A stretch of 13,319 nucleotides of DNA from a virus (lineage: Duplodnaviria > Heunggongvirae > Uroviricota > Caudoviricetes), in the IMG/VR virus record IMGVR_UViG_2925919700_000003, positions 1 through 13,319 of that record. One strand, 5' to 3'. The position numbers were made by a program, and so were the translations under genes. Numbering within the stretch: position 1 is the stretch's first letter; every line of letters begins with the position of its first letter. The notes under the pieces are model-generated. The model was not told the DNA's origin. It made no database searches and worked only from the letters and a program-made list of their open reading frames with translations. Positions 7,670 to 13,319 of this stretch are shown here, in pieces.

Positions 7670-7732
7670 ATGGCTCAGGATTACCACCACGGGGTGCGCG
7701 TTGTTGAAGTCAACGAGGGCAACGATGAGTGA
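7670..7732 (+). pseudogene. Remnant of tail sheath gene (gpFI-like), first ~17 codons only
   Basis: ATG at 7670 encodes MAQDYHHGVRVVEVNEG..., matching my recollection of the P2 sheath N-terminus (MSDYHHGVQVLEINEG); the frame stops after 20 codons at TGA 7730-7732, overlapping the tape-measure ATG. Confidence 0.55.
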
Positions 7733-8723
7733 TAACAACCTGCGTCTGCAGGTCATTCTTAATGCGGTTGACAAGCTCACCCGCCCATTTCGATCTGCGC
7801 AGGCCAGTTCAAGAGAACTGGCTGCTGCTGTCAAAAAATCCCGCGATGCAATAAAGCAGCTTGATCAGGCCGGGAGCAGTCTGGACAGCTTCCGAAAGCT
7901 GCAGGCAGAAAATCAGAAATTAGGCGACAGGCTGAACTATGCCCGCCAGCGTGCAAATTTGCTCAGTCAGGAACTGGGAGCGATGGGGCCGCCTTCGCAA
8001 CGTCAGGTTGTTGCTCTGGGCCGTCAACGGCTGGCTGTTCAGCGCCTGGAAGAACGCCAGAAAAAGCTGCAGCAGCAGACGGCGCTTGTGCGTGCTGAAC
8101 TGTACCGGGCAGGAATTTCTGCGAAAGACGATGCGGGAGCAACTGCCCGTTTAGCCCGTGAAACATCACGTTATAACCAGGAACTTTCGAAACAGGAGGC
8201 GCGGCTGAAGCGACTGGGGGAAGCTCAGCGCAGGATGAATGCAGCGCGTGCCAGTTATGCCCGTTCGCTGGAGGTGCGTGATCGTATTGCAGGTGCCGGA
8301 GCCACCACCACGGCTGCAGGGCTGGCAATGGGCGCACCAGTGATGGCGGCAGTAAAAAGCTATACCAGCATGGAAGATGCCATGAAAGGTGTGGCAAAGC
8401 AGGTCAATGGTCTGCGTGACGATAATGGCAACCGCACTGCACGTTTTTATGAAATGCAGGATGCCATCAAGGCTGCCAGCGAACAGTTGCCGATGGAAAA
8501 CGGTGCGGTGGATTTCGCTGCACTGGTTGAAGGTGGTGCGCGCATGAACGTCGCAAACCCTGACGACAGTTGGGAAGATCAGAAACGTGACCTGCTGGCC
8601 TTCGCCAGTACGGCAGCAAAGGCGGCAACAGCCTTTGAGCTGCCAGCGGATGAACTGTCAGAAAGTCTGGGGAAAACCGACGTCCGTCCACGCAGTTTCT
8701 GGGACCGGAAAACGACATGCTGA
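7725..8723 (+). pseudogene. Tail tape measure protein (gpT-like), N-terminal ~330 aa, truncated
   Basis: ATG at 7725 (MSDNNLRLQVILNAVDKLTRPF...), GAGGG upstream; coiled-coil-like Q/R/A-rich N-terminal region. Frame ends at 8723, far too short for a P2-size tape measure, and a gpU-like frame opens at 8654. Confidence 0.7.
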
Positions 8724-9058
8724 CGCTTTCCGGTGTTCTTATGCCGGAAATAACAGGCGGCAGGCTGTCGTTGCTGGCACTGGAGCAGATGGCAGAACAG
8801 GGGAAAGCATGGCCCCTGATTGAAGGCAGCGGCACGATTTACGGCATGTATGTGATTGAGGGACTGAATCAGACTAAAACGGAGTTTTTCCGCGACGGTA
8901 TGCCGCGCCGGATTGAGTTCACCCTGTCGCTCAAACGAGTGGATGAATCCCTGTCCGATATGTTCGGTGATCTCAGTGCGCAACTGAATAATCTGCAGGA
9001 CACGGCAACGTCTGCCTTAAGCGATATCAGTAAAACGGTGGGAGGGCTGCTGTCGTGA
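8654..9058 (+). pseudogene. Tail protein gpU-like, N-terminally truncated fragment
   Basis: Frame open from 8654 (first ATG at 8717); ...FLGPENDMLTLSGVLMPEITGGRLSLLALEQMAEQGKAWPLIEGSGTIYGMYVIEG... resembles the P2 gpU central/C-terminal region. Its stop overlaps the gpD start (GTGA at 9055-9058). Confidence 0.6.
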
Positions 9059-10155
9059 ATTTCAGCTCTGAACTGCTTAACAAAGGCAACAAAACTCCCG
9101 CATTCAGCATCAGTATTGAGGGCAGGGATATCACCACTGTGCTGGATAACCGCCTGATGAGTTTGACGCTGACGGATAACCGGGGCTTTGAAGCGGACCA
9201 GCTTGATCTGGAGCTGGACGACGCTGACGGAAAAATCGTGCTGCCGCGCCGTGGTGCGGTCATTACGCTGGCGCTGGGCTGGAAGGGGCAGCCGCTTTTC
9301 CCTAAAGGGGCATTCACAGTGGACGAGATTGAACACACTGGCGCACCGGACCGCCTGACTATCCGGGCGCGAAGTGCTGATTTTCGGGAAACGCTGAATA
9401 CCCGCCGTGAAAAATCGTGGCATAAGACCACCGTCGGGGAAGTGGTGAAGGAAATAGCCGCGCGGCACAAGCTGAAGATGGCACTGGGTAAAGACCTGTC
9501 AGATAAACCCGTGGAGCATATAGACCAGACTAATGAGAGTGACGGCAGTTTTCTGATGCGGCTGGCGCGACAGTACGGTGCCATCGCGTCGGTGAAAAAT
9601 GGCAATCTGTTATTCATCCGGCAGGGGCAGGGCAAAAGCGCCACTGGTAAACCTCTGCCAGTGATCACTATCACACGCAAGGACGGCGACAGTCACCGAT
9701 TTACCCTGGCAGATCGCGGAGCCTACACGGGCGTAATTGCCAGCTGGTTGCATACCCGCGAACCTGCGAAGAAAGAAAGCACCACGGTGAAGCGTAAGCG
9801 CAGAACTAAGAAGCAGAAGAAAGAGCCAGAAGCGAAGCAGGGCGATTACCTGGTGGGTACGGATGAAAACGTGCTGGTACTTAATCGCACTTATGCCAAC
9901 CGGAGCAACGCCGAACGAGCGGCGAAAATGCAGTGGGAACGCCTGCAACGCGGCGTTGCGTCATTTTCGCTACAACTGGCAGAAGGGCGGGCAGATCTCT
10001 ACACGGAAATGCCAGTGAAAGTCAGTGGCTTTAAACAGCCGATAGATGATGCGGAATGGACCATTACGACTCTGACGCATACCGTCAGTCCGGATAACGG
10101 TTTTACGACCAGTCTGGAGCTTGAAGTGAGGATTGATGATTTCGAAATGGAATGA
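9055..10155 (+). CDS. D: Tail protein gpD-like (late tail gene D)
   Basis: 366 aa from GTG at 9055 with GGGAGGG about 8 nt upstream; sits between U and ogr as in P2; similar in size to P2 gpD as I remember it. Confidence 0.75.
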   Translation: MNFSSELLNKGNKTPAFSISIEGRDITTVLDNRLMSLTLTDNRGFEADQLDLELDDADGKIVLPRRGAVITLALGWKGQPLFPKGAFTVDEIEHTGAPDRLTIRARSADFRETLNTRREKSWHKTTVGEVVKEIAARHKLKMALGKDLSDKPVEHIDQTNESDGSFLMRLARQYGAIASVKNGNLLFIRQGQGKSATGKPLPVITITRKDGDSHRFTLADRGAYTGVIASWLHTREPAKKESTTVKRKRRTKKQKKEPEAKQGDYLVGTDENVLVLNRTYANRSNAERAAKMQWERLQRGVASFSLQLAEGRADLYTEMPVKVSGFKQPIDDAEWTITTLTHTVSPDNGFTTSLELEVRIDDFEME

Positions 10156-10245
10156 TTCTTCGCAATAGAGAACTTTTAAGTTTGCAAAATGGAATAATGC
10201 GATATCATTATTGTGAATTTAGCAAAAATGGGGAGAGCTCGAAAA

Positions 10246-10464
10246 ATGATGATTTGCCCACTGTGTGGAAGTACCGCCCATACTCGCAGCAGTTTTCAGG
10301 TATCTTCATTGACCAAAGAGCGTTACAACCAGTGCCAGAACATTAACTGCAGCCATACTTTTGTTACCCATGAAACTTTTGTTCGTTCGATTGCTACGCC
10401 AAAAGAGTCAAATCCGGTTCAGCCGCATCCAATGAAATCAGGACAGGTGGCGCTCTCTCTTTGA
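10246..10464 (+). CDS. ogr: Ogr/Delta-family zinc-finger late-gene transcriptional activator
   Basis: 72 aa from ATG at 10246 with GGGGAGAG 8 nt upstream. MMICPLCGSTAHTRSS...KERYNQCQNINCSHTF has the Cx2C-x22-Cx4C arrangement and the KERYxQCQN motif characteristic of P2 Ogr / 186 B. Confidence 0.9.
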   Translation: MMICPLCGSTAHTRSSFQVSSLTKERYNQCQNINCSHTFVTHETFVRSIATPKESNPVQPHPMKSGQVALSL

Positions 10465-10486
10465 CGCTGCCGCCATTTTGTCGCCA
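10465..10486. repeat. Right copy of 22-bp direct repeat, putative attR core
   Basis: cgctgccgccattttgtcgcca immediately follows the ogr stop codon; 21/22 identical to 19-40. Confidence 0.6.
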
Positions 10487-10543
10487 TCGTTAAAAAACAG
10501 TGCTTCTAACATCATGATTTTAAACAGCATAAATTTCAGGCAA

Positions 10544-10587
10544 CAAAAAACCCATCAACCTTGAACCGAAATGGCGGGGTTGATGGG
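10544..10587 (-). terminator. Rho-independent terminator downstream of ybjL
   Basis: 10-bp perfect stem cccatcaacc / ggttgatggg (10551-10560 and 10578-10587) with 17-nt loop; on the minus strand it is followed by TTTTTTG; about 110 nt past the ybjL stop. Confidence 0.55.
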
Positions 10588-10699
10588 CTCCACAAAATGG
10601 GGACATCAAAGAAAAGCAGTGGCATTAATTAAGACTGATGCCCTGCGGAAAAGTTCTGCGGTTGTGCAAAAAAATTTCATTTTCAGGGCAACTTCAGTT

Positions 10700-12385
10700 T
10701 TATCCTAATCCTGGCCATACCATGACGATGATTGTCCCTGCCAGCGTCAGCAGGACGTTGGCGATTGCGTAGGTGCCCGCATAGCCCAGCGCAGGGATGT
10801 TACTGCGAGCTGTATCACTGATGATCTCCATTGCCGGCGCGCAGGTGCGTGCGCCCATCATTGCGCCGAACAACAGTGCGCGGTTCATTCGCAATACATA
10901 AGCACCGAACAAGAAACAGATAACCACGGGCACAAGACTGACAATTAATCCGGCAATCAACATCTGACCGCCAATCGCGCCCAGGCCGTTATTAATACCG
11001 CTACCGGCGCTCAGACCAACGCCTGCCATAAACACCATCAAGCCGAACTCTTTCACCATGCTTAATGCACCTTGCGGAATGTAACCGAAGGTCGGGTGGT
11101 TAGCACGCATAAAGCCCAGCATAATTCCGGCGAATAACAACCCGGCAGCGTTCCCCATGCCGAAACTGAATGTGCTGAACTGGAAGGTGATCATCCCGAT
11201 CATCAGCCCAATAACAAAGAAGGCGCAAAATGCCAGCAGGTCAGTGACCTGGCTGTGAATCGAGATAAAGCCGATGCGATCGGCGATGGTTTTTACGCGA
11301 CGGGCATCACCGCTGACTTGTAAAACGTCACCTTTGTTAAGCACGACGTTGTCATCTATCGGCATCTCAATCTGGCTACGAATGACGCGGTTAAGGAAGC
11401 AACCGTGATCGGTCAACTTCAGTTGTGCGAGACGTTTACCTACAGCGTTATGGTTTTTAACGACCACTTCTTCAGTGACGATACGCATGTCGAGAAGGTC
11501 ACGATCGAAAACTTCTTTACCGTTACGGAAGCTGGGATCGAGTCGGGCATGGGCGTCGGGATAGCCTACCAACGCTATTTCATCGCCCATTTGTAGCACG
11601 GCATCACCGTCTGGATTTGCCAGAATCCCGTTACGTCGAATACGTTCAATGTAGCAGCCGGTTTGTCGATAAATACCCAGTTCACGCAGATTTTTGCCGT
11701 CGGTCCAGGCCACCAGCTCCGGGCCGACGCGATAGGCGCGGATCACCGGTAAATAAACCTTACGGTTGGCATCAGTGTCCAGGCCACGTTCGCGGGCGAT
11801 TTGCTGGGCGCTGGTCTGTAAGTCCTGATGCTGCAATTTCGGCAAGTAACGCGCACCAACAATCAAACTCACCAGACCGATTAAATAGGTTAAGGCATAC
11901 CCGAGGCTCAGATTATCCAGTGCCAGTGAGAGCTGCCTGCTTTCCATGCCGGAATGACGCAGTGTATCGCCAGCACCGACCAGAACCGGTGTCGACGTCA
12001 TAGAGCCTGCTAACATACCGGCCGTCAGGCCAATATCCCAGCCAAACAGCTTACCTAACCCTAAGGCGATCACCAGCGCACTGCCAACCATCACCAGTGC
12101 TAACATTAGGTAATTTTTCCCATCGCGAAAAAAAATGGAAAAAAAGTTCGGTCCGGCTTCGACCCCGACGCAGAAAATAAACAGCATAAAGCCAAGATTA
12201 AGCGCATCGGTGTTAATGCTGAAATGTTGTTGGCCTAATAACAGCGATACGACTAAAACGCCAATGGAATTACCCAGTTGGATCGAACCAAGTCGTAACT
12301 TTCCGAGACATAGCCCAAGCGCGAGGACCACAAATAATAACAGAATGTAATTCCCATTTAACAATTCGGCGACGTTTATATTCAC
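10700..12385 (-). CDS. ybjL: Putative transport protein YbjL (AAE-family transporter with central TrkA-C/RCK-type domains)
   Basis: 561-aa polytopic membrane protein; sequence ([24 protein letters not shown]...) recognised as E. coli YbjL. GTG start in the ORF track, no clear SD. Confidence 0.9.
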
Positions 12386-12654
12386 GGAGGCTAACTTCTT
12401 GTTTACTAGTAAGCTGTTGAAAGAAATGGTAATTTACGATAATGTTTTTTACCAGAATTCAGGGCGCAGATTCATTCAGCGCACCTAAACGATAGTAAAG
12501 TAACAATATATTTTACTAGTGTAATCACATTAGGTATCAACGGCTATATGAATTGCGTTGGCCTATATTAGCATGGAATGCGAAGCGGCTTTATCTTACT
12601 GAACGCCACACTGGCGAAAAATGTGTTCGATAGACGCAGTGTCAGGAGGAACGA

Positions 12655-13032
12655 GTGAAACATAAACAACGTTGGGCGGGGGCAATCTGCTGTTTTGTCC
12701 TCTTCATTGTGGTGTGCCTTTTTCTGGCGACGCACATGAAAGGCGCTTTTCGGGCTGCCGGGCATCCTGAAATCGGCTTGCTATTTTTCATTCTTCCTGG
12801 AGCAGTCGCCAGCTTCTTTTCACAGCGTAGAGAAGTCCTGAAACCTCTGTTTGGCGCAATGCTGGCGGCACCCTGTTCGATGCTCATTATGCGGCTGTTT
12901 TTTTCACCGACGCGCTCATTCTGGCAAGAGCTGGCATGGTTACTAAGCGCGGTGTTCTGGTGTGCGCTGGGGGCACTGTGTTTCTTATTTATCAGTAGTT
13001 TGTTTAAACCACAGCACAGAAAAAATCAGTAA
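12655..13032 (+). CDS. ybjM: Inner membrane protein YbjM
   Basis: 125 aa, hydrophobic, GTG start with AGGAGGA upstream; position between ybjL and grxA matches the E. coli K-12 gene order. Confidence 0.8.
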   Translation: MKHKQRWAGAICCFVLFIVVCLFLATHMKGAFRAAGHPEIGLLFFILPGAVASFFSQRREVLKPLFGAMLAAPCSMLIMRLFFSPTRSFWQELAWLLSAVFWCALGALCFLFISSLFKPQHRKNQ

Positions 13033-13052
13033 AGCCCTCAACGCGAGGGCTT
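13021..13052 (-). terminator. Rho-independent terminator of grxA (hairpin shared with convergent ybjM)
   Basis: 8-bp stem aagccctc / gagggctt with 5-nt loop (13032-13052); on the minus strand followed by a T-run (complement of aaaaa at 13021-13025); lies just past the grxA stop. Confidence 0.6.
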
Positions 13053-13061
13053 GTCAGACGA

Positions 13062-13319
13062 TCAGGCGTCCAGATTTTCTTTCACCCATGCAGCAAAATC
13101 GGTATAGCCGCCGATATGTTGCTGATCGACAAAAATCTGCGGCACGGTTTCTACGGGTTTACCTGCCTTTTGTTGTAGATCTTCTTTAGTGATCCCTTCC
13201 GCACGAATATCTACATACTGATACTGAAAATCATCGCGTTCATTGCTCAATTTCTCAGCCAGATCTTTTGCACGCACACAGTAAGGGCAACCCGAACGAC
13301 CAAAAATAACGGTTTGCAT
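13062..13319 (-). CDS. grxA: Glutaredoxin 1
   Basis: 85 aa, MQTVIFGRSGCPYCVRAKDLAEKL... with the CPYC active site; recognised as E. coli Grx1. The start codon is the last triplet of the window. Confidence 0.95.
   Translation of the reverse strand: MQTVIFGRSGCPYCVRAKDLAEKLSNERDDFQYQYVDIRAEGITKEDLQQKAGKPVETVPQIFVDQQHIGGYTDFAAWVKENLDA

Noticed and set aside
7574-7834. 86-aa minus-strand ORF spanning the late promoter and tape-measure start
   Set aside because: It would read through the Ogr operator and the sense-strand gene start; no RBS; considered spurious.
7963-9680. Several long minus-strand ORFs (144, 122, 134, 199 and 217 aa) across the T, U and D genes
   Set aside because: They are antisense to clearly phage-like tail genes in GC-rich DNA, with Pro/Arg/Ser-rich low-complexity translations; typical shadow ORFs.
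10152-10346. 64-aa ORF overlapping the D stop and the ogr start
   Set aside because: Out of frame with ogr, which has a strong RBS and clear zinc-finger homology; the overlap region more likely holds the ogr promoter.
10465-10700. Possible tRNA or sRNA at the integration site
   Set aside because: No cloverleaf-compatible sequence or T-arm motif (GGTTCGANTCC-like) found; the strong hairpin there is better explained as the ybjL terminator.
11405-12350. Plus-strand ORFs (63, 128 and 71 aa) inside ybjL
   Set aside because: Embedded antisense in a well-recognised host gene; no RBS; compositionally odd translations.
12568-13189. ORFs antisense to or overlapping ybjM and grxA (65, 81 and 75 aa)
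   Set aside because: Overlap recognised host genes on the opposite strand or in another frame; no independent support.
1-13319. CRISPR array, rRNA or IS element
   Set aside because: No regularly spaced repeats, no rRNA-like conserved blocks and no transposase ORF with terminal inverted repeats were seen; the only tandem repeat is the 2 x 18 bp unit at 7419-7454.

Overview
The window reads as an enterobacterial (E. coli-type) chromosome segment carrying a heavily degraded phage 186/P2-family prophage of about 10.4 kb, followed by the host genes ybjL, ybjM and grxA. All calls rest on reading the six-frame translations and the DNA by eye, with family assignments from remembered motifs; no database search was run. 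The remnant is bracketed by a 22-bp imperfect direct repeat (19-40 and 10465-10486) that I interpret as the att core. It keeps a complete-looking lysogeny switch (int, a small secreted peptide gene, 186-type cI, apl/cox-like, cII), four small early ORFs including a TraR/DksA zinc finger, and a Dam methyltransferase. Three apparent deletion scars follow: Dam fused to the distal part of a side tail fibre, the first ~20 codons of the sheath gene abutting the tape-measure start, and a tape-measure/gpU frame break. An Ogr-type operator (TGT-N12-ACA) survives upstream of the sheath remnant, and gpD and ogr look intact. The two candidates most worth follow-up are an AT-rich acyltransferase-3 cargo gene at the tail-fibre/sheath junction (the P2 Z/fun position) and the small cysteine-rich secreted peptide between cI and int. 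No rRNA, tRNA or CRISPR array was seen.
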